Source: Candidatus Atabeyarchaeum deiterrae
GTDB taxonomy: Archaea; Asgardarchaeota; Atabeyarchaeia; Atabeyarchaeales; Atabeyarchaeaceae
NCBI GenBank assembly: GCA_037310415.1
Contig: CP147780.1
Coordinates: 1,344,001 to 1,408,000, forward strand
DNA length: 64,000 nt
Direction of reading: 5' to 3'
The notes below the pieces were generated by a model that saw only the letters and a program-made list of their open reading frames with translations, was not told the origin of the DNA and searched no databases. Position numbers and translations under genes: made by a program. Below, one piece after another: positions 38,626 through 48,828 of this stretch; positions within the stretch are counted from its first letter, which is position 1; every line of letters begins with the position of its first letter.

Positions 38626-40371
38626 ATGGGCTCTAGAAAAGTCACAGATATGTTACTCAGGGTTGCTGGAGAGTCAGGAGAAGGCATATTGACAACTGGC
38701 GAACTCCTGACATTTGCTGCAGCAAGACTTGGCCTAAACATATGCAATTTCAGAACGTATCCTGCGGAGGTCACCGGCGGTCAAAGTCTCTACCAAGTAA
38801 GACTCACAACAGAAAAGTTTCTGTCGCCATGGAACTCGACAGACATCCTGATAGTATTCGACGAGGATGCATTCAACTACAACATCAAAAGTTTACACGG
38901 GAAAGGTTCTTTGGTCTACGATCCTGATCTGCACACTCCTCTTCTTGAGAAGAATTCCTCTGCCAGTCTCTACGGACTACCTATGACCAAGATCTCCAAA
39001 GAACAAGTAGGTTTGACAAGAACCAAGAACATGGTTGCTCTCGGAGCGGCGGCAAGCATGATTTCAATCCCGTATGGCAACATCGCAGACCTCATTCAGA
39101 GACGCTTCAAAAGTATGGATAGACAAACGCTTGATAAGAACGTGGAAGCTCTGAAGCTAGGTTACGATCATGCCGAGCAAAACTCTCCTGCAAGATACGA
39201 ATTCCCGAGAGTTAGAGTCTCCCCCACGAAAATATACCTCACTGGTAACACCGCGATCGCACTGGGAGCGCTAAAAGCTGGCTGCAAATTCTATGCAGGT
39301 TACCCTATAACACCATCATCAAGCATCCTGGAGTACCTCTCTCGCGAGTTTCCGAAGTTTGGCGGAATCATGTTTCAGACTGAAGACGAACTCGCTGCAC
39401 TCTCTGCCGCCATTGGAGCATCATTCGGCGGAGTGAAATCAATGACGGCAACATCTGGGCCAGGTTTCTCACTCATGGCTGAAACGCTCGACCTAGCATC
39501 CATGGCCGAGATACCTGTCGTGATAGTTGACGTTCAAAGGGCTGGTCCAAGCACAGGCATGCCGACGAAAACCGAGCAAGGCGATCTAAATGCGGCTTTG
39601 TATCAAGGTCATGGTGACGCGCCCAGAATTGTCCTTGCGCCAGCGGATGTTGAAGATTGCTTCCACTTGACTATCAAAGCATTCAATTTATCCGAGAGAT
39701 GCCAGATGCCCGCAATCATACTTTCGGAGCAGTCGCTATCGGACCGAGCCGAGATGATTGAGAAACCAGATCTGTCGAAGATCAAGGTAGAAGACAGGAT
39801 GAAACCCAACTACCAAGAGATAGCAAAGACTGGCGAATATAAGAGATACAAAATAACAGAAAATGGAGTCTCACCTATGTCTACGCCCGGCGACAAATAT
39901 GGCATATACGTATCAGAAAGCCTTGAACGCGAAGAAAACGCGAAGTTCAGCTATGAACCCGAAGCGCATCAAATAATGATGGAGAAGAGGTTCCGGAAAC
40001 TAAGGATTGCCGAAGATGAACCAAATATGACTAGATCATTCTCGATAGGCAAGGAAAAAGCCGATCTCGGGGTGATTAGCTTCGGACCCTCTGAGGACGC
40101 AGTCATAGAAGCCGTAACCAAAGCCAACAAAGAAGGGAAGAAGGTTTCGTCTCTGCACATTCTTATGCTTTCACCCTTACCAATCAAACAGATCAAACCC
40201 TATCTCGAACGAGTCAACAAAGTCATTGTTGCTGAACTAAATCACACCGGCCAACTCTCATCCCTACTCGCTAAAACACTCTTGCTCGATTCTACTCCTT
40301 TGCGGAAGACAACTGGGCTACCCTTCACGACTGAAGAGATCTTCAACAAAATAAAGGAGGTAGCCCCATGA
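38626..40371 (+). CDS. korA: 2-oxoacid:ferredoxin oxidoreductase alpha subunit (gamma-alpha fusion)
   Basis: GESGEG, YAGYPITP, QTEDE, TATSGPG, QRAGPSTGMPT. Confidence 0.93.
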   Translation: MGSRKVTDMLLRVAGESGEGILTTGELLTFAAARLGLNICNFRTYPAEVTGGQSLYQVRLTTEKFLSPWNSTDILIVFDEDAFNYNIKSLHGKGSLVYDPDLHTPLLEKNSSASLYGLPMTKISKEQVGLTRTKNMVALGAAASMISIPYGNIADLIQRRFKSMDRQTLDKNVEALKLGYDHAEQNSPARYEFPRVRVSPTKIYLTGNTAIALGALKAGCKFYAGYPITPSSSILEYLSREFPKFGGIMFQTEDELAALSAAIGASFGGVKSMTATSGPGFSLMAETLDLASMAEIPVVIVDVQRAGPSTGMPTKTEQGDLNAALYQGHGDAPRIVLAPADVEDCFHLTIKAFNLSERCQMPAIILSEQSLSDRAEMIEKPDLSKIKVEDRMKPNYQEIAKTGEYKRYKITENGVSPMSTPGDKYGIYVSESLEREENAKFSYEPEAHQIMMEKRFRKLRIAEDEPNMTRSFSIGKEKADLGVISFGPSEDAVIEAVTKANKEGKKVSSLHILMLSPLPIKQIKPYLERVNKVIVAELNHTGQLSSLLAKTLLLDSTPLRKTTGLPFTTEEIFNKIKEVAP

Positions 40372-40418
40372 AGGGGTTTACTGCTGAATAGAACAGTACA
40401 GTTGGAGGGAAAAGAAAA

Positions 40419-41267
40419 GTGGTTGCGACGGAACAGAAATACTCTCCTGGAGATTACCGGAGTGATATTAAACCTGTCTGGTGCCCAGGCTGCGGAGACT
40501 ACGGTGTATTCACGGCTCTTCTGAATGTCTTGAGTCAGAAGAACTACAACCCATGGGACGTCGCTTTAATCTCAGGCATAGGATGTTCAAGCAGGACACC
40601 CAGTTTCCTCAAAGTCTATGGTTTTCATACAGTCCACGGAAGAGCACTCCCAATAGCATCAGGTTTGAAGCTCGCCAGACCAGATCTCCACGTCATGGTA
40701 GTCACAGGAGATGGGGACGGAATCTCCATAGGCGGAGGACACTTCATCCACGCAGCGAGACGAAACATTGAACTAGTATACATCATGATGAACAACTCAA
40801 TATACGGTCAAACAAAGGGCCAAGCATCTCCCACAACCCGTCAAGACGCCATCACAAGAAGCACACCTTACGGCGTTTTCGACCAACCTCTCAACCCATC
40901 AAGCTTGGCAATTGTGTCTGGCGCAACTTTCGTCGCCAGAGGATTCACAGGCAACCCGAAGCAATTGACGGATCTCATGATGAGGGCGATCAACCACAAA
41001 GGTTTCGCATTCGTTGAAGCTGTGAGCCCATGTGTTACTTTCAACAACACTCTGAGATTCATAAAGGAAAGGGCAAAGGACATAGACTCTACTCACGATG
41101 TAACCGACAAACTAAAAGCATTGGGTCTAGCTTTTTCGGAGGAGCCAATGTACTTTGGATTGTTATATAACGTCCAGATGCCCACGATGAATGAAAAAAT
41201 CAGCGATCTTACAGCCAAGCTCAAAGGCAAGGCAACCATAGATGAACTCCTGACCAGCGTAATGTAA
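40419..41267 (+). CDS. korB: 2-oxoacid:ferredoxin oxidoreductase beta subunit
   Basis: WCPGCGD, SGIGCS, HGR, GDGD, YGQTKGQ, SPCVT. Confidence 0.93.
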   Translation: MVATEQKYSPGDYRSDIKPVWCPGCGDYGVFTALLNVLSQKNYNPWDVALISGIGCSSRTPSFLKVYGFHTVHGRALPIASGLKLARPDLHVMVVTGDGDGISIGGGHFIHAARRNIELVYIMMNNSIYGQTKGQASPTTRQDAITRSTPYGVFDQPLNPSSLAIVSGATFVARGFTGNPKQLTDLMMRAINHKGFAFVEAVSPCVTFNNTLRFIKERAKDIDSTHDVTDKLKALGLAFSEEPMYFGLLYNVQMPTMNEKISDLTAKLKGKATIDELLTSVM

Positions 41268-41382
41268 GTCTGAATCAGGTGACTTACCAACTTCTTAGTT
41301 GTTGTCTTCCTACATGTATCAAGCGGACCGTGTAGATCACCCTCTGCTCTGCCTTATATAGGAAAGATCATCCATTCCGAAA

Positions 41383-41865
41383 TTGAGTGAGATGATCATG
41401 GGAGAGAACATGATCGTTCGCCACATTAGACCGGAAGAATTAGACGCGTTGCTCATGCTATATACTCACCTTCACCGCGAGGACGCCCCACTACCAGAAA
41501 AACCTGAACTAGACGCAATATGGACAGACATTATTTCGAATCCCCTCTTACACTATATTGTCGGAGAGTGGAAGAATGAGATCGTTTGTTCATGCACCCT
41601 CACTATAATCCCTAATCTCACGAGGGGAGCTCGCCCGTATGGGTTGATTGAGAATGTTGTCACAAATGTCAACAATCGCGAGCGATAGTTTGGGACGGCA
41701 GTCCTGAGCTATGCTCTTCAGGTCGCATGGGAGGCGAATTGTTACAAAGTAATGCTCCTTACTGGCTCAAAAGAAGATAGTATGTTCCGATTCCATGAGG
41801 GCGCGGGATTCAGAAGAGGAACAAAAACAGGCTTCATCGCCTATCCTCCGGAAAAGGATGGTTGA
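41383..41865 (+). pseudogene. GNAT acetyltransferase interrupted by an in-frame TAG (41686-41688)
   Basis: IIPNLTRGARPYGLIENVVT...RER*FGTAVLSYALQVAWEANCYKVMLLTG...GF continues in the same frame to TGA at 41865. Confidence 0.8.
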
Positions 41866-41959
41866 AATACACAAGAAGAATGGAGACTGACATTGGCGAT
41901 CAGTACGAATCGGAGAAGAAGCTCATCAAGTTGGTGCTGCGAATCTAGGCAGATTAAAG

Positions 41960-42505
41960 CTAGGTTTTCAACAATCCTTTGCCGTACTCGTACCCCTTTT
42001 CGAAGGCCATCATGTTCAGTTCTTCAGTTCCCTTAGGGATGTTTTCTTTTATTGATTCTTTGATGGCCTTTTTATCCACAATTCTGGTGATGGCAGTGAA
42101 AGCACCTAACATTACGATGTTTGCGACTATTTTGTTTCGAAGTTCCTCGGCGATTTTCGTGGCTGGAACCTGGAAAACCCTGACGTTTTTCAACTCCTTC
42201 CTTGTAGGAATCATGTCAGGGTCTAAAATCATTGTCCCGCCAGCTTTCAGGTCTTCAGCGTAGTCATTGTAAGCATGTTGAGACATTACGACCAGCACAT
42301 CAGGTTCAGTCACTTTCGGGAAATCAATATCCCCTTCTGAAATGACGACTTCAGACTTGCAGGCTCCACCTCTTGACTCAGGGCCATAGGATTGTGTTTG
42401 AACTGCATTCTCTCCTCCGTGAATGCAAGCGCCTGCAGCAGTAATAATCCCAGATTTAATAATACCCTGGCCACCGAACCCCGCAAACCTAATTTCAACT
42501 CGCAT
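41960..42505 (-). CDS. korC: 2-oxoacid:ferredoxin oxidoreductase gamma subunit
   Basis: AGFGGQG, SYGPESRGG, ANIVMLGA. Confidence 0.92.
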   Translation of the reverse strand: MRVEIRFAGFGGQGIIKSGIITAAGACIHGGENAVQTQSYGPESRGGACKSEVVISEGDIDFPKVTEPDVLVVMSQHAYNDYAEDLKAGGTMILDPDMIPTRKELKNVRVFQVPATKIAEELRNKIVANIVMLGAFTAITRIVDKKAIKESIKENIPKGTEELNMMAFEKGYEYGKGLLKT

Positions 42506-42515
42506 GTTACATCAT

Positions 42516-43367
42516 CTACCGTAATACTTTCTCATTGATCCTGGACATCTTCTCATGGAGCAACTTCTCATAACTCGGCTTCTCTATGTCTACGAATTCG
42601 CCTACAGGTATTTTTTCCGATGTTATCTCGGCTTTTGCTGGATCTGAAAAGCTCTCCACAACAGAGACTTTTTTGAACCATTCCATATTCTCTAGACCAG
42701 ATTTCATCTTGTTGTATCGCCCGAAAATCTCAGGGCAAGGCGATATGACTTCGATGAAGCTGAAACCTTCCTTCTGCATCATCTTTTTTATAGATTGTGT
42801 TAATCTTCGCGCATGCAGAGTTGTCCATCTGGCCACATAAACAGCACCTGACGCCGCTGCAAGGTGCATGAGATTGAAGGGCCGTTCTATGTTTCCATAA
42901 TAAGTCGTTGTTGTTTTCGATTCAAGCGGTGTTGTTGGACCAGCCTGTCCACCTGTCATTCCATAGTTGAAGTTGTTCACACAGATCACCTTAATTCCTA
43001 AGTTTCTGCGCGCAGCATGGATGAAGTGATTACCGCCAATTGCAAACAAGTCACCGTCTCCACTTATGACAACAACCTGCAACTCTGAATTAGCCAGTTT
43101 GACTCCTGTCGCAAAAGCTAATGCACGTCCATGCGTAGTGTGGAAAGAATCCATATTTGTGTATCCTGCAGTGCGACCAATGCAACCTATTCCTGATACA
43201 ACGACGATCTTGTCGATGTCCACCTTCAGCTCATCCAAAGCATGAACAAAAGAGTTCAAGACAGTACCATTACCGCATCCCGGGCACCATATGTGAGGCA
43301 TCATTGCTTTTCTCAGATATTTCAGAAAAGGATGTTCAACTGTTTGTTCAATCGTTTGTTCCACCAT
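42516..43367 (-). CDS. korB: 2-oxoacid:ferredoxin oxidoreductase beta subunit
   Basis: WCPGCG, SGIGC, HTTHGR, GDGD, YGMTGGQ. Confidence 0.93.
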   Translation of the reverse strand: MVEQTIEQTVEHPFLKYLRKAMMPHIWCPGCGNGTVLNSFVHALDELKVDIDKIVVVSGIGCIGRTAGYTNMDSFHTTHGRALAFATGVKLANSELQVVVISGDGDLFAIGGNHFIHAARRNLGIKVICVNNFNYGMTGGQAGPTTPLESKTTTTYYGNIERPFNLMHLAAASGAVYVARWTTLHARRLTQSIKKMMQKEGFSFIEVISPCPEIFGRYNKMKSGLENMEWFKKVSVVESFSDPAKAEITSEKIPVGEFVDIEKPSYEKLLHEKMSRINEKVLR

Positions 43368-44527
43368 CAGGAACTCCCCCTTATCGCTTGGAGAATCTCT
43401 GCAGGCGTATGAGGATCTTCACCTAGCTTACCTAGGAATGTCAAGGGAGTCTCTTTTGCGATTCTTTCAACTTCCCTTACAAGCTGTCCACAGTTCATCT
43501 CAGGAACGACTATCGCCTTCACCTGTTGTGCCATTTTGGCAACCTGTTTCTCCGGGAATGGCCACAATGTGATTGGACGGAGAAGACCCGCCTTTATGCC
43601 CTTTTCTCTGGCTTTCCTCACTGCACTCAAAGCGGCTCGAGAGACTATTCCATATGCTACCACGCCGACTTCAGCATCCTCAAGTAGTACTTCGTCAACT
43701 TTTACTATCTTGTCTGCATTTCGTTCTATTTTGTCGCATAGTCTCTTGACTAACTTCGTCTGGACATCAGAACTTGAGGTTCGTGGAAAACCATGTTCGT
43801 CATGAGTGAGACCAGTCGCGTGAAAACGATATCCTTCGCCGAAGCAAGCCATCGGCGGAACTAGGTCATCGCCAGGCATGAAAGGTTCATACTCGTCTGG
43901 CGAAACACTCGGCTTCTTACGATTCACTATCTTTATTCTATCAGGCGAAGGTATCGCAACCTTCTCCCACATATGTGCAACAATCTCGTCTCCCATAAGG
44001 AGTGTAGGCACTCTATAAGTTTCGGAGAGGTTGAAAGCCTCAATCGTCAAGTCGAACATTTCCTGAACAGACGAAGGAGACAGAGCGATAATTCCATAGT
44101 CTCCGTGGGAACCCCACTTTGCTTGCATGACATCCTGCTGTCCTGGCAAGGTGGGTTGTCCAGTGCTCGGTCCCCCACGCATGATGTCCACAACTACGCA
44201 TGGCGCTTCCGTCATTACCGCCAGACCTATGTTTTCCTGCATGAGACTGAATCCTGGTCCCGAGGTGGCGGTCATGGACTTTAGGCCAGAATAAGAGGCG
44301 CCAATGACAGCCGCTAATGACGCGATTTCATCTTCCATCTGAATATAGATTCCACCAAATTCTGGCATTCTCTGTGAGAGATGTTCAGCGATCTCTGTTG
44401 CAGGCGTAATCGGATATCCAGCGAAGAATCTGCAGCCAGCTGCTATTGCGCCCTCAGCGCAAGCAATGTCACCATTCATGAAGTGGGAACCGGTGAGAAA
44501 AGCTCGTTTCTGGCTCATGCTTGACAT
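43367..44527 (-). CDS. korA: 2-oxoacid:ferredoxin oxidoreductase alpha subunit
   Basis: GYPITP, QMEDE, TATSGPG, RGGPSTGQPT, PEMN. True start probably about 44518. Confidence 0.93.
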   Translation of the reverse strand: MSSMSQKRAFLTGSHFMNGDIACAEGAIAAGCRFFAGYPITPATEIAEHLSQRMPEFGGIYIQMEDEIASLAAVIGASYSGLKSMTATSGPGFSLMQENIGLAVMTEAPCVVVDIMRGGPSTGQPTLPGQQDVMQAKWGSHGDYGIIALSPSSVQEMFDLTIEAFNLSETYRVPTLLMGDEIVAHMWEKVAIPSPDRIKIVNRKKPSVSPDEYEPFMPGDDLVPPMACFGEGYRFHATGLTHDEHGFPRTSSSDVQTKLVKRLCDKIERNADKIVKVDEVLLEDAEVGVVAYGIVSRAALSAVRKAREKGIKAGLLRPITLWPFPEKQVAKMAQQVKAIVVPEMNCGQLVREVERIAKETPLTFLGKLGEDPHTPAEILQAIRGSS

Positions 44528-44799
44528 CCTCCTTTACAGGGTTTCTCAATGACGTAAATCGCAAAATCTGGGCAGATGGATGTGCAGAAGTTGCAGATAA
44601 CACATTTGCTTTCGTCAACGATTTTCGGGGGACGAACACCGCGGGCATTGATATCCTGTGACTCTTCTAGAACCTTCCTGGGGCAGAATTGAATGCAATA
44701 ACTGCAGCCCTTGCATTGATCCCTGATCAAGTGTATCTCCGCCTTTGGAAGCTTCACATTCTTTGCGTCAAGAGGTTGATGTTTGATTCTTTCAGGCAT
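44515..44799 (-). CDS. korD: 2-oxoacid:ferredoxin oxidoreductase delta subunit (ferredoxin)
   Basis: CKGCSYCIQFCP, CVICNFCTSICPDFAI. Confidence 0.9.
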   Translation of the reverse strand: MPERIKHQPLDAKNVKLPKAEIHLIRDQCKGCSYCIQFCPRKVLEESQDINARGVRPPKIVDESKCVICNFCTSICPDFAIYVIEKPCKGGCQA

Positions 44800-47242
44800 C
44801 GCTAGTTCCCACCTTCAAAGCCTTTCCGAATACCTCTTTGGCTTTTTCTATGTCTTCAGGCGTGACTTTCTGGATGATTGAGTGCAATTCACGAATCTCG
44901 TTGGCGAATCTCTCGCCTTCTGCAGCAGAAGCCCATAGCAACTGTAGTCTTTCCTTGCTCAACCCATTCTGCTCCATTTTCTTCCACAACCGCTCCACGC
45001 GTTTCTGCGTTTGATAGTTGGCATTTATGTAGTGGCAGTCTCCCAGGTGACATCCAGCAACCATCACGGCTGCAGCTCCTCTTGCAAACGCTCTTTCAAC
45101 AAACTTCTGGGCAACACGACCAGAACACATGGTCCGGATTATGCGAACGTCAGGTGGATATTGCATTCTGTTAACACCGGCAAAATCTGCTCCTGCATAC
45201 GAACACCAGTTGCAGCAGAACGCAACAGCTTTCTTTTCTGGTGAATCTTCGGTTGCAGCGTCAATCTGAGATATGATTTGTTCATCAGTGAAGTGGCTCT
45301 GCGTCAACGCGCCGAATGTACACTCAGCTGCACACGTTCCGCATCCACCACAGGCTGCCTCGACAATGTGGATAGTTTTCTTTTCCTTGTCCAGCGTGAT
45401 GGCGTTGTAGGGGCAGACTTTCACGCAGAGTCCACACGCCTTGCATTTCTCAGCATGGTAAATCGGGGTAATAGCTTCAACAGTCACTTTTCCTCGGGAC
45501 ATCAAGATCCCTGCGCGAGCCGCGGCTGCACTCGCTTGAGTTACACTATCCTTGATGTCCTTGGGAGCCTCAGCACAGCCTGCAAAGAATATCCCTCCGG
45601 TGGCAGCGTCCACGGGTCTGAGTTTTGGATGGGCCTCCATAAAGAACCCGTCTTGAGTTCTGGAGAGCGTCAATAAGCGCTGTATTGTCTCGCTGTCTTT
45701 TCTCGCTTCCAATCCTATCGACAAGATCGCTAAGCCTGCGTTTATCCTGTACAAATCCTTCTGCAAGGTATTCTCGCCAATGAGCCAGACGTCGTGAGTA
45801 TTCTTGTCCTCTAGAATCTCAGTTGGGAGCCCTCGGATAAATCTGACTCCTTCTTTCTTGGCCCGTATGTAGAGGTCTTCAAAGCCCTTCCCATAGGCTC
45901 GAATGTCAACATAGAAGACATATATCTCAGTTTCCGGCCAATGCTCCTTTATCAATAGCGAATCCTTTATGGTGTTCATGCAGCAGACATTGCTACAGTA
46001 CTGCTTTCCAATTTTGTTCGAGCGTGAGCCCACACACTGAACGAATGCAACGCGCTTGGGAATCTGGAAATCGCTGGGTCTTAACAACCGCCCGCTAGAT
46101 GGCCCACCCGCATTAATTAACCTCTCAAACTCCAATGAGGTAATCACGTTCGGATACTTGCCATAGCCGTAGTTTGGCAATACGGATGGGTCGAAAACAT
46201 CTGCACCAGTTGCAACTATTATAGTTCCAACATCGAGATCGGCAATTTCGGGCTTCATATCAAGGTCTACAGCCTGTCGCTCGCAGGCCTTGATGCATTT
46301 GTCACAGACTATTACGCCGTCCTTGTTGAGACAATGACTCATGTCGATTAAGTAGGTCGATGGAACTGCTTGTGCAAATGGCGTATAGATTGCGCGTCTT
46401 GTGGCTAGACCAACATCAAACTCGTTGGGGACTACTACGGGGCAAACCTTGATGCATTCACCGCATGCTGAACAATCCTTCTTAACATAACGCGGCTTTC
46501 TCAACACTCTTGCATGGAAGTTGCCGATGTAACCCTTAACTTCAACAACTTCGCTGTTGGTCAACAGCTCGATGTTTGGATGGTGCCCAGCATCAGACAT
46601 CTTGGGCGCGAGAATGCAGATGGAACAGTCCATCGTTGGGAAAGTCTTGTCTATTCTTGCCATCATTCCTCCGATGCTCGGTTCCTTCTCAACAAGATAC
46701 ACTTTGTATCCTGTTTCAGCAAGGTCAAGTGCCGCTTGAATGCCAGCCACACCGGCTCCTATAATTAGTGCTTTGCGAGTTATCGGAACTTCAATCTCTT
46801 CTGCGGGCTGAAGCAAGGCAGCCTTGGCTACAGCCATTCTTACAAGGTCTTTGGCTTTTTCTGTTCCGCCTTCCTTGTCATAGAGGTGAACCCAGCTACA
46901 TTGCTCACGAATGTTAGCCATTTCGAATAGGTATTTATTCAACCCAGCATCTTCACATGCCTTTCTGAAAGTTGGTTCGTGAAGGCGAGGTGAGCACGAC
47001 GCTACCACGACGCGGTCAAGTTTTTGTTCTTTAATGTCCTTTTTTATTATATCTTGACCTTGGTCTGAACATGTGTAGCGGTTATCTTTCGCAAGAACCA
47101 CGTTTGGAAGGCTTGCGGCAAACTTGGCAACTTCTGCGCAGTCGACAGAACCAGCTATATTCAATCCGCAGTGGCAGACATACACTCCAATGCGCACAGC
47201 GTCACTGCCTTGTTTAGCTTCTGATTGCTTCTCTTCTGCCAT
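44792..47242 (-). CDS. hdrA: Heterodisulfide reductase subunit A fused to MvhD
   Basis: IGVYVCHCG, ASCSPRLH, NIREQCSW, DKTFPTMDC, QCVGSR...YCSNVCC. C-terminal MvhD: FCCNWCSYAGAD, MCSGR, GCHLGDCHY, SAAEG. Confidence 0.95.
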   Translation of the reverse strand: MAEEKQSEAKQGSDAVRIGVYVCHCGLNIAGSVDCAEVAKFAASLPNVVLAKDNRYTCSDQGQDIIKKDIKEQKLDRVVVASCSPRLHEPTFRKACEDAGLNKYLFEMANIREQCSWVHLYDKEGGTEKAKDLVRMAVAKAALLQPAEEIEVPITRKALIIGAGVAGIQAALDLAETGYKVYLVEKEPSIGGMMARIDKTFPTMDCSICILAPKMSDAGHHPNIELLTNSEVVEVKGYIGNFHARVLRKPRYVKKDCSACGECIKVCPVVVPNEFDVGLATRRAIYTPFAQAVPSTYLIDMSHCLNKDGVIVCDKCIKACERQAVDLDMKPEIADLDVGTIIVATGADVFDPSVLPNYGYGKYPNVITSLEFERLINAGGPSSGRLLRPSDFQIPKRVAFVQCVGSRSNKIGKQYCSNVCCMNTIKDSLLIKEHWPETEIYVFYVDIRAYGKGFEDLYIRAKKEGVRFIRGLPTEILEDKNTHDVWLIGENTLQKDLYRINAGLAILSIGLEARKDSETIQRLLTLSRTQDGFFMEAHPKLRPVDAATGGIFFAGCAEAPKDIKDSVTQASAAAARAGILMSRGKVTVEAITPIYHAEKCKACGLCVKVCPYNAITLDKEKKTIHIVEAACGGCGTCAAECTFGALTQSHFTDEQIISQIDAATEDSPEKKAVAFCCNWCSYAGADFAGVNRMQYPPDVRIIRTMCSGRVAQKFVERAFARGAAAVMVAGCHLGDCHYINANYQTQKRVERLWKKMEQNGLSKERLQLLWASAAEGERFANEIRELHSIIQKVTPEDIEKAKEVFGKALKVGTSDA

Positions 47243-47247
47243 AGCTT

Positions 47248-48681
47248 CTAACCTTCCAGAGATGTTAAGTAATTCTCAATTGACTCGGCAGCGTTTTTCC
47301 CAGCTTGGATCGCTTCAATCACCGTAGCCGGACCTGTAACGACATCCCCGCCCGCAAAAACCCCACGAATACTAGTTTCCATTGTGATTGGATCAACTTG
47401 CAAAGTCCCGTCATCATTAACGTCTATCCTTTTAGGTAGAAATGCTAGGTCTGGGGTCTCTCCTATCGCGAGAATAATCATGTCAGATTTTCGTGTGAAA
47501 TCTGAGCCTTCAAGAGGAATTGAAGCTCTTCTCCCAGTTTCGTCAAGTTCACCCAATTGCATGCGGATGCATTCAATAGCAGTGACCCTTCCCTGTTCTC
47601 CGAGTATCTTTCCGGGTGATGTGAGAAACTCGATTTTCACACCTTCTTCTTCAGCCTCTTTGACTTCCCAAGGGATCGCAGGCATTTCATCCCGTGATCT
47701 CCGATAAAGAATGGTCACTTCGTTTGCCCCATGCTTCAAGGCAGTTCTCGCCGCATCGACTGCAATGTTTCCTCCGCCGATTACAACGACGTTTTTTCCG
47801 ATCTCCATTCTTTCTCCAGAGTTAACATTCCATAAGAAGTCAAGGGCGTGAATTACTCCTCCCAAGTCTCCTCCTTCGATTTTCAATCTTGTGCCTCTGT
47901 GAGCTCCAACTCCTATGAATATGGCTTTATAGCCCTTCTTGCTCAAATCCTCAAAACTCAAATCTTTCCCGACTGTTGTTGCAGTCTTGAAGCTCACACC
48001 TAGATCTTTGAGTAACTGGATTTCCTTGGCTAAGACTTGTCTTGGCAGTCGTGTGTCAGGTATGCATTTTGTCAACATACCGCCTGGTTCACGGAGTGAC
48101 TCAAGAACAGTGACGTCGTATCCTTTCAGGCTCAGCTCGTATGCGACCGTTAATCCCGCAGGACCAGATCCCAAGACTGCGACTTTCTGTCTTGAGGAGT
48201 GAGTCTTAGTAGCTTTTCCCGTTTTCAGGTTTTCTTTGCGCATCCTTTCAGCTTTGTCTAAAACAGCTTGTTTGTCCAATCCTGCGCGTTCAGGGTGAAA
48301 ACAAACAGATAGCGCTACAAGTGGCAGAGGAACGGTTTCAACTATCTTGTGAAGTGCATTCTCGAAAGGCTGCATTTGCCCTTGCTTGGCTGCCATTGTA
48401 CGCATGAGCAGAAAAATCTCTGGAAGCTTAAGCGCTTGTGGACAACGTTCATAACATCTATAGCACCAGCCACACAACCAAAGCTCATCAGAGGCCAGAG
48501 CTTTCTCAGGACTAGTAGCAACTCTTTCCAACAATGTTCGGGGATTGTAGTCCTTTCCAAACATTTCCGATATGGAACAACTTGCAGTGCAGATTCCACA
48601 TTCGTAGCAATACCTGAGCTTCTCAGTGCCGAGAATCTCTTCAAGAGTTTTTTTAATGGTTACCTGTTCCTTTGTCTCCAA
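47248..48681 (-). CDS. HdrC-like 2x[4Fe-4S] domain fused to a GltD/NfnB-like FAD/NAD(P)H oxidoreductase
   Basis: CYECGICTASC, CGWCYRCYERCP; GSGPAG, GGGNIAVDAAR, YRR, GVFAGGD. Confidence 0.85.
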   Translation of the reverse strand: METKEQVTIKKTLEEILGTEKLRYCYECGICTASCSISEMFGKDYNPRTLLERVATSPEKALASDELWLCGWCYRCYERCPQALKLPEIFLLMRTMAAKQGQMQPFENALHKIVETVPLPLVALSVCFHPERAGLDKQAVLDKAERMRKENLKTGKATKTHSSRQKVAVLGSGPAGLTVAYELSLKGYDVTVLESLREPGGMLTKCIPDTRLPRQVLAKEIQLLKDLGVSFKTATTVGKDLSFEDLSKKGYKAIFIGVGAHRGTRLKIEGGDLGGVIHALDFLWNVNSGERMEIGKNVVVIGGGNIAVDAARTALKHGANEVTILYRRSRDEMPAIPWEVKEAEEEGVKIEFLTSPGKILGEQGRVTAIECIRMQLGELDETGRRASIPLEGSDFTRKSDMIILAIGETPDLAFLPKRIDVNDDGTLQVDPITMETSIRGVFAGGDVVTGPATVIEAIQAGKNAAESIENYLTSLEG

Positions 48682-48828
48682 GCTTGAGCCCTCACAGTAA
48701 TAAGACCTGCAGAGATACGAAACTGTACAAGCATAAAAGTTTTTGCGAGTAGCTTATTACTCTTCTTCTCATCGAATTGGTTGTTCACATGAACAGCCAG
48801 TCTGACAAGCTCCATCTTCAGGGCTGAA

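Noticed and set aside
44792-47242. Selenocysteine/SECIS in HdrA-MvhD
   Set aside because: The frame is open throughout with Cys at the relevant motifs; there is no in-frame TGA.
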